Assembly: GCA_964548195.1 (NCBI GenBank)
Contig: CAZJQC010000002.1
Span: 107,315-171,314, forward strand
Direction of reading: 5' to 3'
Length of the DNA: 64,000 nucleotides
From: an uncultured bacterium
GTDB lineage: Bacteria > Macinerneyibacteriota > Macinerneyibacteria > Macinerneyibacteriales > DSCS01
Below, one piece after another: positions 8,870 through 18,619 of the stretch. The position numbers and the translations under genes were made by a program. The notes under the pieces were generated by a model. That model had not been told where the DNA came from. It was given only the letters and a program-made list of their open reading frames with translations, and ran no database searches. Position 1 is the first letter of the stretch. Every line of letters begins with the position of its first letter.

Positions 8870-10033
8870 TCAGATTGATTCCTTCAATTTGTCTTTTAAG
8901 GCGATCAAGGTATCCTCGTCGGGGATGTAATTCGCCTTGTAAGACCCCAGCACTTCCATGCCGCATGCCGCCAGCTCCTTTTCAATAAGTCCGATGCTCT
9001 GCCCGCCCCAGCCGAAGGATCCAAAGGCTACCCCTTTTCTGCCCTTCGGGGCCAGGCCTTTCAGGTATGTGAGAAAAGCCGCTGTCGTCGGCAGCATATT
9101 ATTATTCAATGTGGGCGAACCCACGCATATGAACTCGGAATCCGTGACCTCGGTCATGATGTCGGATATGTGGTTTTTCTGCAGGTTCATCTTTTTTACG
9201 GAATAACCCTTCTCCTCAAAGGCGGATTGTACCGCCCCCGCCATTTTCGCCGTCGAACCCCACATCGTATCATATATGACAAGCGCCTTTTTTGACGTCT
9301 CATTAGATGACCATTTCACATAACGTCCGATTATCTCCGCGACATGCTTACGCCATACGATGCCGTGTGACGGCGCGATCATGTCAAAATCCAGCTTTCC
9401 GGCGGAACTCAGTTCGCTCTTGACCTGTTCGCCGTATGGCAATACGATATTTGCATAGTATTTACATGCCTCCTCCATGATTATGTCTGAAGGATACTGG
9501 TCATCGAAACGCTCCGATGAAGCAATGTGCTGGCCAAATGAGTCGTTGGAAAAAAGTATTCTGTCATGAGGACTGAACGTAAGCATGTTGTCAGGCCAGT
9601 GTACCATGGGGGTAAGGAGGAACTCCAGCGTCCTCTTTCCTATGTCAAGAGTGTCACCGCTATTGACGATCTCAAAATCCCAGCCCTCTCCATAATGCTT
9701 GGCCAGTCCCCTCCGGCCGTTGGGCGAGGTGACCACAGTCGCCTTGGGGCAATATTCCAGAATATGGGGTATCGCTCCGGAATGATCCATCTCAACATGA
9801 TTCGATATCAGATAATCGATCTTTGAAGGGTCTACTATCGAGGATATTCGGCTTATCAGCTCATCCTTGAGGTAATGCTTGACAGTGTCTATAAGGGTTA
9901 TTTTTTCATCTACTATCAAATAGGCGTTGTACGTCGAACCCCTTTGAGTCATATATCCGTGAAAATTCCTCAGATCCCAGTCTATGCCGCCGACCCAGTA
10001 TACCCCATCACGCAATTCAACCGCTTTCATCAT
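8870..10033 (-). CDS. fprA: flavodiiron protein (rubredoxin:oxygen/NO oxidoreductase)
   Basis: Metallo-beta-lactamase-like diiron motif NHVEMDHSGA plus C-terminal flavodoxin domain; start chosen at MMKAVEL after AGGAGG (alternative ATG at 10051). Confidence 0.85.
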   Translation of the reverse strand: MMKAVELRDGVYWVGGIDWDLRNFHGYMTQRGSTYNAYLIVDEKITLIDTVKHYLKDELISRISSIVDPSKIDYLISNHVEMDHSGAIPHILEYCPKATVVTSPNGRRGLAKHYGEGWDFEIVNSGDTLDIGKRTLEFLLTPMVHWPDNMLTFSPHDRILFSNDSFGQHIASSERFDDQYPSDIIMEEACKYYANIVLPYGEQVKSELSSAGKLDFDMIAPSHGIVWRKHVAEIIGRYVKWSSNETSKKALVIYDTMWGSTAKMAGAVQSAFEEKGYSVKKMNLQKNHISDIMTEVTDSEFICVGSPTLNNNMLPTTAAFLTYLKGLAPKGRKGVAFGSFGWGGQSIGLIEKELAACGMEVLGSYKANYIPDEDTLIALKDKLKESI

Positions 10034-10108
10034 CCCTCCTGTTGTTTTCATTACTCTTTTGTAAACGTTACAATCTCATGATACAATCTTCTCACTGAAA
10101 TGTCAAGT

Positions 10109-10516
10109 TCAAACATCTTTTGAACAGAGAGGGCACACCCCTTTTATATAAATATGCGTCTCCCTGATCTCATAATCGTCCAGGGCTTTGCATGCGCGCA
10201 GCTCATCTTCGACCTCTATGTCAAATAGTTTGCCGCATTTTATGCACTTGAAATGGGAGTGCGCATGTTCCGCAATATCATAAAGGGCTTCGTTGTCATC
10301 TGTGTATAATTGTACGGCCAGCCCCTTTTCCATAAAAATATTCATTGTATTATAGACAGTCGTCCTGGAGAGTGTCGGTATATCACTTTTTATCGCCCTG
10401 TAGATCATATCCACATTCGGATGAACGCGGTTGTTAAGGAGATACTCCAGTATCTTGATCCTTTGTATGGATGGTGATATGCCGTGTTTTATGAGTTTGT
10501 TCCTGAGATCAAACAT
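10109..10516 (-). CDS. perR: Fur-family transcriptional regulator, PerR-like
   Basis: 135 aa with Fur fold motifs (HxH, CxxC...CxxC: HAHSHFKCIKCG...CPLC); leads the oxidative-stress gene block. Confidence 0.8.
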   Translation of the reverse strand: MFDLRNKLIKHGISPSIQRIKILEYLLNNRVHPNVDMIYRAIKSDIPTLSRTTVYNTMNIFMEKGLAVQLYTDDNEALYDIAEHAHSHFKCIKCGKLFDIEVEDELRACKALDDYEIRETHIYIKGVCPLCSKDV

Positions 10517-10546
10517 TACCGCCCCTTTTCAACCGCCCAACCATTG

Positions 10547-10575
10547 ATTATATTTCTATTCTTTCCTGTTTTCAA
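10547..10575 (-). promoter_or_regulatory. sigma70-type promoter upstream of perR (-35 TTGAAA, 17-nt spacer, -10 TATAAT), with possible Fur-family box overlapping the -10
   Basis: Minus strand reads TTGAAAacaggaaagaatagaaaTATAATcaatgg...AAGGGGcggtaATG. The AT-rich imperfect palindrome attgattatatttctatt overlaps the -10. Confidence 0.5.
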
Positions 10576-10711
10576 GCTTTATCTCACACTCCGTAATAGT
10601 ATCATCCGTGGATGATGGACAAAGAGGCGAAGCCATATCAACATACGGATGAGCCCCGGCCTCTCAGTCATCAAAGCGACAACACACTCAGTTGTCCGCC
10701 GTTCCGCAATA

Positions 10712-11434
10712 TCAAAGCGCCGCGGCTCCCAGGGCAAAGATCAATACTGCCGCTGCAAGTACAAACACTATCAACACCAGGTATATCGCAAAAACGGAAA
10801 AAAGCGCTCTGCCTGTTGTGGTCGACTGAAGTTTTGAAATAGCGATGACCTGTAAGGCGAGGATCCAGAAAAAAGCAAAAAATGCGCCACCCAAAGGTAT
10901 GGCATAGAGAAGCATGGGAGTGGCGGCAAAAAAGACCGCGTTCAATGTCGCACGATAACCGTTTTTCCCCTCTCCCAGCGACAACAGAGCCACATGATAC
11001 ACACCCGCGGTGATAAAAGGCTGGATGGCGCCTATGACAAGTCGCAGTATCATGCTGAAATATATGCCCATACCCCCGGTATCGCCAAGATCTCCAAAAG
11101 GAGTGCTTTTCAGGCCGCTGTCCATCTGGGCAAAAAAGGCGCGCAGCTGTGTGCCCAGAAAAAGGTTCCAGAACGTATCGGCGATCACGGCTACCGTGAG
11201 TATCATGAGAAAGTACAAATACCCCTTGGATATGTCCAGCTGAGGGTTCAGAGAAGAAAAGAAATCGGCAGGAGAAGCCAAAACATGTTTTACGGTATCG
11301 ATGGAACGGTCAAAAAAAGTCCGTTGTTCGTCTTCAAACGGATTTTGAGGGCGCGTCGGCAAAGATTTGCCGCATGAAGGACAAACAAGGCACGAATCGC
11401 TTATTTCCGCGCCGCAAAACGGACATTTTTTCAT
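10712..11434 (-). CDS. zinc-ribbon plus Yip1-domain membrane protein
   Basis: N-terminal CPFCGAEI...CPSCG followed by about five TM helices typical of Yip1/YIF1 proteins. Confidence 0.55.
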   Translation of the reverse strand: MKKCPFCGAEISDSCLVCPSCGKSLPTRPQNPFEDEQRTFFDRSIDTVKHVLASPADFFSSLNPQLDISKGYLYFLMILTVAVIADTFWNLFLGTQLRAFFAQMDSGLKSTPFGDLGDTGGMGIYFSMILRLVIGAIQPFITAGVYHVALLSLGEGKNGYRATLNAVFFAATPMLLYAIPLGGAFFAFFWILALQVIAISKLQSTTTGRALFSVFAIYLVLIVFVLAAAVLIFALGAAAL

Positions 11435-12249
11435 ATCTCCCCCTTTATCGCTGAATCCACGATGCCTCTGTAATGGATGGCTGAACGCCTGGCCTGTTCT
11501 GCGAAATCGTCCCCGTCTCCGGAAAATATGATCCCGCGTGAGACATTGATGACGAGGTTCCCCGTTTCCCCGCCGTATCCGTTCCTTATTACGGCCCCTG
11601 CGTCGCCTCCCTGCGTTCCGATGCCCGGAACCAGTATGATCACATCGCCGGCCATATCCCGTATCTCCTTCATCTCACCGGGCCGTGTTGCGCCCACCAC
11701 CAGTCCCAGCCTGTCTTCAGCCTCATGATTCCACTCTCTTGTCTTGCGCGCTATCTTTTTATACATCCCGTCCTCATATTCAAAATCGACCGCGGATGGG
11801 TTTGACGTCAGGTCAAGCAAAAAAAGGTATTTCCCGTCAAATCTCAAAAACGGTTCGATAGTATCCCAGCCCATATAGGGGTTTATCGTGGCAGCGTCAA
11901 AACCCCCGTTTTCAAATATGGCCCTGGCATAATGCGTGGCCGTGTTCCCGATGTCGCCTCTTTTGACATCCGCGATAAAAGGTATTCCCTCACCGTCCGA
12001 TGAAAGGACTTTAAGGTCTTCCCACGCCTCAAAACCGGCCATGCCGGCAGACTCATAAAAAGCCGCATTCGGTTTATAAGCGCAGACAAGGTCGGAGGTC
12101 GCCTGGATTATCTCATGGTTGAACTTCATGATCGGGTTTTTTTCTTTCTTAAGGCACTCCGGCAATCTCGACAGGTCACTGTCAAGGCCGACGCATATAA
12201 GTGACTTGTTCTTTTTCACCGCTTTTTTGTATTTTCGGACAAAACTCAT
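11431..12249 (-). CDS. pyrF: orotidine 5'-phosphate decarboxylase (long type 2)
   Basis: KPNAAFYE and DVKRGDIGNT motifs; 272 aa. Confidence 0.85.
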   Translation of the reverse strand: MSFVRKYKKAVKKNKSLICVGLDSDLSRLPECLKKEKNPIMKFNHEIIQATSDLVCAYKPNAAFYESAGMAGFEAWEDLKVLSSDGEGIPFIADVKRGDIGNTATHYARAIFENGGFDAATINPYMGWDTIEPFLRFDGKYLFLLDLTSNPSAVDFEYEDGMYKKIARKTREWNHEAEDRLGLVVGATRPGEMKEIRDMAGDVIILVPGIGTQGGDAGAVIRNGYGGETGNLVINVSRGIIFSGDGDDFAEQARRSAIHYRGIVDSAIKGEI

Positions 12250-12258
12250 GGACCCTCC

Positions 12259-13170
12259 CTACTTGTGTGCCGCTCCGATGATCTCCTCCATGTCGTTCAC
12301 ATTTCTGGCGCGCATGTACTCCTCCAAACCGGTCAATACCTCTTCCGGAAGTCCCGGGTCTCGGAACATAGCCGTGCCCAGCTGAAAAGCAGTCGCCCCG
12401 GCGAACATATATTCAAGGGCATCTTCCCATGATTTTATGCCGCCTGAGGCTATGACAGTCATGCCGGGCAATCTCTTTTTCACCTGATATACCATCCTCA
12501 TTATTACGGGCTTTACCGCGGGGCCGGAAAGCCCCGCAAATATATTTGACATCACCGGTCTGCCGGTATTTATGTCGATCGCCATGCCAAGCAATGTGTT
12601 CGCGACCGTAACGGCATCCGCACCGCCGTCGCAGGCGGCGACGGCCATTTCCGAGATATCCGTCACATTCGGGGACAACTTCACTATCAAAGCTTTGGCG
12701 GTATTGTCACGGGCCAGACGTGTGATCTCCCTGATCATGCGGGGGTCGGTGCCAAAAGCCATACCGCCCTTCTTTACATTAGGGCATGAGACATTGACTT
12801 CGATGGCCGCGATGTCCCGGGACTGTTCGCATATAAGCGCCAGTTCTCCGAACTCCTCCATATATGAACCCGATATGTTCGCTATTATTGTCAACCCCCT
12901 GGCCGCCAGATCAACGGCTTTGACGCCCACGAAACGGTCTATTCCCATATTCTGTAGTCCAACACTGTTCAGAAGCCCGGCCGTGGTCTCGAAAAGACGG
13001 GGGGGGGGATTGCCTTCGCGGGGATGCCTGGTGAGTCCTTTTGATATGACGGCGCCGATCCTCGACGGGTCATGATATTCCGAATACTCATCACCGTAAC
13101 CGTAGGTCCCCGACGCCGTCATCACCGGATTGTCCAGGACCAGGCCGCCGATCCTGACCCTCATGTCCAT
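12259..13170 (-). CDS. pyrD: dihydroorotate dehydrogenase catalytic subunit (class 1B)
   Basis: NPxPR motif (EGNPPPRLFE), catalytic Cys VNVSCPNVKKGG, TIM-barrel body. Confidence 0.9.
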   Translation of the reverse strand: MDMRVRIGGLVLDNPVMTASGTYGYGDEYSEYHDPSRIGAVISKGLTRHPREGNPPPRLFETTAGLLNSVGLQNMGIDRFVGVKAVDLAARGLTIIANISGSYMEEFGELALICEQSRDIAAIEVNVSCPNVKKGGMAFGTDPRMIREITRLARDNTAKALIVKLSPNVTDISEMAVAACDGGADAVTVANTLLGMAIDINTGRPVMSNIFAGLSGPAVKPVIMRMVYQVKKRLPGMTVIASGGIKSWEDALEYMFAGATAFQLGTAMFRDPGLPEEVLTGLEEYMRARNVNDMEEIIGAAHK

Positions 13171-13931
13171 AGCAGATCACTTCCTTTAAAGACAGGACCG
13201 TCCTTGCATACCATTTTCATGCCGCTTGCGGTCTTCAGAGCACAACCCAAACAGGCCCCTATTCCACAGGCCATCTTCTCTTCAAGCGAATAAAAGGCTT
13301 CTATGCGCGCTTCGGCCGCGATCTTAGCGACGTTTTTCATCATCGCCAGAGGGCCGCAGGAGTATATTTGGTCCGCGCCGGAGATCAAAGCGGGGTCGTC
13401 CGTAGGGTAGCCTTTTTTTCCTTCGCTCCCGTCAGCAGTGAATACCGTGACGCTTTCCGCGCCAGGCATACCGGCAATATACATATCCTTTGAGGCCGCA
13501 AAACCCAATATGGCGCTCACATCCCCGCCGATGTTTTTTAACGCGCCGGAGAGATATACAAGCGGCGCGATGCCTATGCCTCCGCCTATAAGCAGCGATC
13601 TTCCGGGCAACAGATCAAATCCGCTGCCCAACGGCCCCATCATATCGATGATGTCACCCGCCTTCAGGAGTGACATGGCACGCGTGCCGTCGCCTACGAC
13701 CTTATAATAAAATGTCAGCCTGCCGTCTTCAAATCCCCCCACGCTGATGGGCCGCCTGAGCAACGGATCATACCCGGCGCCGGAAAGGATATTGAAAAAC
13801 TGGCCCGGCAAGGGCACAATGTTTTTTCCGTGGTACTCGACTTCAATAATAAAAATATCTTTTGCGGCTTCCCTGTTATGTAAGACAGGGGCTTTATACA
13901 GTGCCATACCATACCTTTCTTTCCGTGTCAT
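13161..13931 (-). CDS. pyrK: dihydroorotate dehydrogenase electron-transfer subunit
   Basis: FNR-like FAD/NAD fold plus C-terminal 2Fe-2S cysteines CGIGACLGC...C. Confidence 0.85.
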   Translation of the reverse strand: MTRKERYGMALYKAPVLHNREAAKDIFIIEVEYHGKNIVPLPGQFFNILSGAGYDPLLRRPISVGGFEDGRLTFYYKVVGDGTRAMSLLKAGDIIDMMGPLGSGFDLLPGRSLLIGGGIGIAPLVYLSGALKNIGGDVSAILGFAASKDMYIAGMPGAESVTVFTADGSEGKKGYPTDDPALISGADQIYSCGPLAMMKNVAKIAAEARIEAFYSLEEKMACGIGACLGCALKTASGMKMVCKDGPVFKGSDLLWT

Positions 13932-15198
13932 AGACCGGTCCTCCGGCCGCCGTATATTTTACCCTGGAGCGGAAGAGACGGCCTCTGAAGGGTGTATATT
14001 TGCCATTTGAGACGATATCTTCATGGGTGTACTCCCATTCTTCTGCGAGCGATACTATAGCGAAATCTGCGACCGACCCGATGCAAAAACCGGTCGGCGC
14101 CGAAAGGCCCAGTATGCGCGCGGGAGCCTCGGATATGAGCTCGGCAATACGCGTATAAGAGACGCCGTAAACACCATTCAAAACATCGATGCAAAGCGGT
14201 ATCATCGTCTCAAAACCGATTATCCCGAACGGGGCTTCCCTGAACCCTTTGCTTTTCAGCATATTGTCATGTGGCGCATGGTCTGTCGCCACAGCATCGA
14301 CCGTGCCGTCCATTATCGCTTCGATCACGGCTTCGACGTCATCTTTAGACCTTAAGGGAGGATTCATCTTAAACGCGGCATCATCCCTTAAAATATCGGC
14401 ATCGCAAAGGCTGAAATGATGCGGCGTCACCTCGCAGGTTATTTGCGCTCCGGCCTTTTTGTATTTTCTGATGATGTCAAGCGATCCCCTGGTGGAAACA
14501 TGGCAGAAGTGAAGGCGGGCGTCCTCCCTGAAGGCGGTCTCCGCATCCCTTTTCGTCCTGGCGTCTTCAGTCTCATTGCTTATGGGCACAAGGCCCAGCC
14601 TGCGGGCGGTCGCGGAATCATTTATCACGCCCTCTCCCCTGAGAGAGACATCTTCAGCATGTGAAAGATACACGGCCCCGGCGCTGTTCGCTCTCCTAAG
14701 CAATGCCGCGAAAACCCCGGCATCATCGACGCTGGTGCCGTCATCGCTGACAACTCCCGCACGCCTGAAAAGATCTTCGGAAACGGCCTCTCCGCCCATA
14801 AGCCCGTATGTGCCGGCAACCGCCTGTATGACCCTGCAATGTCCTTCTTTTTCAGCAACTCCCATTATATCGTCGTACACCGCGTCACTATCGCATACGG
14901 GATCCGTATTGGGCATCGCGACGACTGTCGTGATCCCACCGGAAACCGCTGACATAGTGGCGCTTTCGATGTTTTCCGGATTTTTACCCGGATATCTCAG
15001 ATGGGCATGCATATCGGTAACAGACTGAAACGCCAGCATGCCCGTGCAGTCGATGATCTTTACCGCGTCGCCTACGGGGCAAGACGCCGGGTCCGTGATC
15101 CTGCCGCCTGAGACAAAAATGTCGCCTCGGCGAAATCCTTTCCCCCCATCCACCAGTGTAAGACCTTTAAATAGCAAATCCATATCGACCTTCCGCAT
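13894..15198 (-). CDS. pyrC: dihydroorotase
   Basis: Amidohydrolase metal-binding motifs DMHAHLR, HVST, ATDHAPH; 434 aa. Confidence 0.85.
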   Translation of the reverse strand: MRKVDMDLLFKGLTLVDGGKGFRRGDIFVSGGRITDPASCPVGDAVKIIDCTGMLAFQSVTDMHAHLRYPGKNPENIESATMSAVSGGITTVVAMPNTDPVCDSDAVYDDIMGVAEKEGHCRVIQAVAGTYGLMGGEAVSEDLFRRAGVVSDDGTSVDDAGVFAALLRRANSAGAVYLSHAEDVSLRGEGVINDSATARRLGLVPISNETEDARTKRDAETAFREDARLHFCHVSTRGSLDIIRKYKKAGAQITCEVTPHHFSLCDADILRDDAAFKMNPPLRSKDDVEAVIEAIMDGTVDAVATDHAPHDNMLKSKGFREAPFGIIGFETMIPLCIDVLNGVYGVSYTRIAELISEAPARILGLSAPTGFCIGSVADFAIVSLAEEWEYTHEDIVSNGKYTPFRGRLFRSRVKYTAAGGPVYDTERKVWYGTV

Positions 15199-15437
15199 CT
15201 GTGTTCAGAATGATCCCGGATCAAATATCCGACATTCAGAATATAACTGTAATAACGGGCTTTTTCAATCATTTAATCGAGGGAGAGTCTGTAAATCAAT
15301 AAAAGACCTTATGCATACCGGCCGGATCGCGGCAATTATCCTTGAAAAAGCGTCCTGCCGCGATAACACACGCGCGTTTCAGGGCGTCGTCTATGGGATC
15401 CTGCGTCCCATCCCCTGCGCGATGGCAAGATCCAATA

Positions 15438-16922
15438 TCATCGTGCCCTGCTCTTTTTTCCTGAGGATGAACGCCAGCATATAAAAGCCAATAAAATCAA
15501 CGGCATATAATAATCAAAGTACCGCCTTGTCCGGGAATAGGGAGCCGCCCCGGACCTGGCCGCGACCTCGCCGTCCATCACATCCCTGACGCCCATATCG
15601 AGTGATTTTAATATACGGCCCTTATTGTCTATTATAGCCGATATTCCGCTGTTGGCGCAATGTATGACCCAGGTGTTTCCCTCGATGGCACGCATCACCG
15701 CCATCTGAAGATGCTGACGCGGGGCCGGAGTGCGCTCAAACCAGCCGTCATTGGTGGAGACGACAAGAAACTGACTGCCTTTTGACATCAGCCGGTCAAC
15801 AAAATTGCCGAACATCGACTCAAAACAGATGACCCCGGTAAACTTCATATCACCTGCCATGAAGGGGGCGGTCCTTTTCCCCCCGGACAGATCGTATTGT
15901 ATGGGGTAGATCTTTCTTAAAAATCCAAACACAGCGTCAAATGGGAGATATTCGGCGACCGGAAGCAGTTTTATTTTGTCATAACGGCTGTAAGACCCGC
16001 TTCTGTCCACAAGGAAAAGTGAATTAAAAGTCGCACCGCCATCATAATGGGTGCTACCGATAAGGTGGGAGGCATTGCGTCCCTCCTCGGTGATTATACG
16101 TCTTACAGTCTCTTTTTCAGGTGCGTACCACAGTATGCCCGCGGAAAAAGCGGTTTCCGGCCATACCACAAGACGGGACCTCCTGTCACATCTTTTGCCG
16201 AGCTCATAATAGATCTCCATGTTGTTTTGTATGAACTGTTCATCCCATTTTTCGAAGAGGTCTATGGACGGCTGTATGACGGACACCCTGTATTTTACTC
16301 CGCCATGATCCTCCCGGTGCAATGTGGCATATCCGACAGTGGTCATTGAGACAGCCAGTATAAGCGCCAAATAGCCGTATTTTGATCTGCGGGACGAGAC
16401 AAGCCGGAATATCAGGACGTTGAACGACAACACCGCAAACGTAAGTATGGTCACGCCCCCCCAATATGCGAGGCTCGCTACAGGCGGAAAATAACTCAAT
16501 GCATAGCCGGGGGCGTTCCATGTGTACCCCAGCGGCCCGAGTTGTTTTATCGATTCCGTAAAAGTCCAGAGTAAGGGAAAAGCCAAATAAAAATACCGTT
16601 TCGAGACACAATGGCTGAACACAAACGCCTGAAGCAGGACAAACAACGCCTGAAAGACGGCTACCAGAAAGATCCCCGCAACGGTGAACCTGTAGATCCA
16701 GTAGATATTCGCGATATAAAAACCTGAAGAAAATATAAAAATGCGAAGAAACGCCCCCTTATGAGGGCCCTCCTCATAAACACGCCTGAACAATATTATA
16801 AAGGGAATATAGGCTACCGGGGAAAAAAACGCCGCGGCATAGGGAGTGAAGGCGACTAGGCCGCACACTATCCCGGAGAGGAAGATCAGAGGCAGTAAAA
16901 CACGATGATGGGCCGCAGTCAT
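15438..16922 (-). CDS. lnt: apolipoprotein N-acyltransferase
   Basis: N-terminal polytopic membrane domain plus CN-hydrolase domain (VVWPETA, GVICFESMF). Confidence 0.8.
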   Translation of the reverse strand: MTAAHHRVLLPLIFLSGIVCGLVAFTPYAAAFFSPVAYIPFIILFRRVYEEGPHKGAFLRIFIFSSGFYIANIYWIYRFTVAGIFLVAVFQALFVLLQAFVFSHCVSKRYFYLAFPLLWTFTESIKQLGPLGYTWNAPGYALSYFPPVASLAYWGGVTILTFAVLSFNVLIFRLVSSRRSKYGYLALILAVSMTTVGYATLHREDHGGVKYRVSVIQPSIDLFEKWDEQFIQNNMEIYYELGKRCDRRSRLVVWPETAFSAGILWYAPEKETVRRIITEEGRNASHLIGSTHYDGGATFNSLFLVDRSGSYSRYDKIKLLPVAEYLPFDAVFGFLRKIYPIQYDLSGGKRTAPFMAGDMKFTGVICFESMFGNFVDRLMSKGSQFLVVSTNDGWFERTPAPRQHLQMAVMRAIEGNTWVIHCANSGISAIIDNKGRILKSLDMGVRDVMDGEVAARSGAAPYSRTRRYFDYYMPLILLAFICWRSSSGKKSRAR

Positions 16923-16929
16923 CTCTATC

Positions 16930-18201
16930 TCAATCGACCTTCTCTATGATCTCTTCGATCCCCTTCATCGCTTCAGCCGCATCTTTTATGTTGTTCTCCA
17001 AAATAGTGGGGGTGATCTGTATTATGAGATCCGTCTTGTTGACGGTTTTTTTCTTATACGTAAAGAAGAACTTGATAAACGGTATCTCGGATAATGGCCA
17101 CAATCCTTTCCGTTCAATGGTCTCATTTTCACTCTGCAGCCCCGCGATGATTATGGGCTGCCCGTTTTGCACGGTGACCTGTGTCGACGCGGTACGGGTC
17201 TTCACCCAGGGTATGTCCGCATTTTCGCCTTTCCATCCGTAGATATTACTTACTTCCGGAACCACATTGACAGTGATGTTTCCATCGGAGGACACACTGG
17301 GCAAGATGGAAAGTTTAATGCCCACCTCTTCTTTTTCCACCTGATAATTTGTGTCATCGCCCTCCTGCTGTTTCACTATATACGGGACGATGTCCCCTAT
17401 ATGTATCGAGGCCTCCTGATTGTCCATGGCAACGAGCCTCGTATTGGAGAGTATCTTGCCGTAGCCTCTGTTCAGGACCATGTCTATTGTCGCCTGGAAA
17501 GACTTGAGCTGGCGGGACCAATCGGGAAAAACCGAAGTGTCGACATATCCCATTTCATCCGGGCCGACTCCGGCGTCTGAGCTCGTGCCTGCCGAACCTT
17601 CGGCGAAGATAAACGTCTGTGAGGTGAGCTTATCCCAGTTTATGCCTGATGCGCGCAGCTTGTCCTCAGACACCTCGATCAGCTTGGCTTCTATCATGAT
17701 CTGTTGAGGAACATTATCTATCATGCTTATCATCTTGCTGATCTCTATATGCATCTCGGGGGAAGCCGATACGACAATGGCATTTACGGAGGGGTTGACT
17801 TTGATGTCCACATTGTTCATCCCCGACACCGAATTGGCGAAATCCGCAGCTTTAACATAGTCAAGTTTATATATTTTCATCTTAGCGTTGAGTTTAGTGC
17901 TTATATGTTCCGGCGAATCCACAAGTATGGTGTTGTCAAAGCGTTCATACGAAAAACCGCCGGCCTTGGAGATCATGTTCAACGCGACTTCCAATGAGAC
18001 ATTCTTAAGGTCCAGGGTGATGCGCCTTGAGATGATCCCCGATCCCAGGACCAGGTTGAGATCATGCTGCGCCGCAATGCTTTTCAATACAGTGGTGACC
18101 GGAGCGTTGTTCGCCTCAAAACTGACCAGCGGGTCAGCGGCGAAAGACAGGGCGGAAAACAGTAGTACAAAAAAAACCAGCAACGAGATATTCTTTCTCA
18201 T
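16930..18201 (-). CDS. pilQ: type IV pilus secretin
   Basis: Signal peptide MRKNISLLVFFVLLFSALSFA, N-domains and C-terminal secretin domain (LSNTRLVAMDNQEASIHIGDIVPY); start at ATG 18201, 6 nt after GGAGG. Confidence 0.8.
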   Translation of the reverse strand: MRKNISLLVFFVLLFSALSFAADPLVSFEANNAPVTTVLKSIAAQHDLNLVLGSGIISRRITLDLKNVSLEVALNMISKAGGFSYERFDNTILVDSPEHISTKLNAKMKIYKLDYVKAADFANSVSGMNNVDIKVNPSVNAIVVSASPEMHIEISKMISMIDNVPQQIMIEAKLIEVSEDKLRASGINWDKLTSQTFIFAEGSAGTSSDAGVGPDEMGYVDTSVFPDWSRQLKSFQATIDMVLNRGYGKILSNTRLVAMDNQEASIHIGDIVPYIVKQQEGDDTNYQVEKEEVGIKLSILPSVSSDGNITVNVVPEVSNIYGWKGENADIPWVKTRTASTQVTVQNGQPIIIAGLQSENETIERKGLWPLSEIPFIKFFFTYKKKTVNKTDLIIQITPTILENNIKDAAEAMKGIEEIIEKVD

Positions 18202-18217
18202 ATTCAACCTCCGGATA

Positions 18218-18619
18218 CTATTTAGATATGTAATATTTTTTACCATTATTGTTTATGATGATCCCGTCGGCCTCTATCGTCTCGACAACGACACCCGGCC
18301 CTATCGAAGATCCCTCGCCGACAAGATACTCATTGCCGTTATAATAGACCCCCGCTTCCTTCTTGGGTGATATCATAAGGTAAAAGACTCTTACGTTCAT
18401 TGTTACTTTACCCACGGATCTCACTGAAAATTCGGCTTTTCTCTTATTTATGGCCTTGATCTGGCCAAGCATGATCTCAATATTATCCACAAAGGTGCTG
18501 CTCGATATGTTGTTCACATCAATGGCTGACAATATTATTTTTCCAGCCCCTGTGACACCGTTATAAAACACCGTCGCAAAGACGATAAAAAGTATGAACC
18601 CGGTTATACGACTTCTCAT
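18218..18619 (-). CDS. pilP: PilP-like pilus assembly protein
   Basis: N-terminal TM plus C-terminal beta domain (YLVGEGSSIGPGVVVETIEADGIIINNNG); position between pilO and pilQ. Confidence 0.45.
   Translation of the reverse strand: MRSRITGFILFIVFATVFYNGVTGAGKIILSAIDVNNISSSTFVDNIEIMLGQIKAINKRKAEFSVRSVGKVTMNVRVFYLMISPKKEAGVYYNGNEYLVGEGSSIGPGVVVETIEADGIIINNNGKKYYISK

Noticed and set aside
10712-11434. The Yip1/zinc-ribbon membrane protein as part of the PerR regulon or as a toxin.
   Set aside because: It lies upstream of the perR promoter and overlaps pyrF by 4 nt, so it belongs to the pyr transcript. There is no partner antitoxin-like small ORF.
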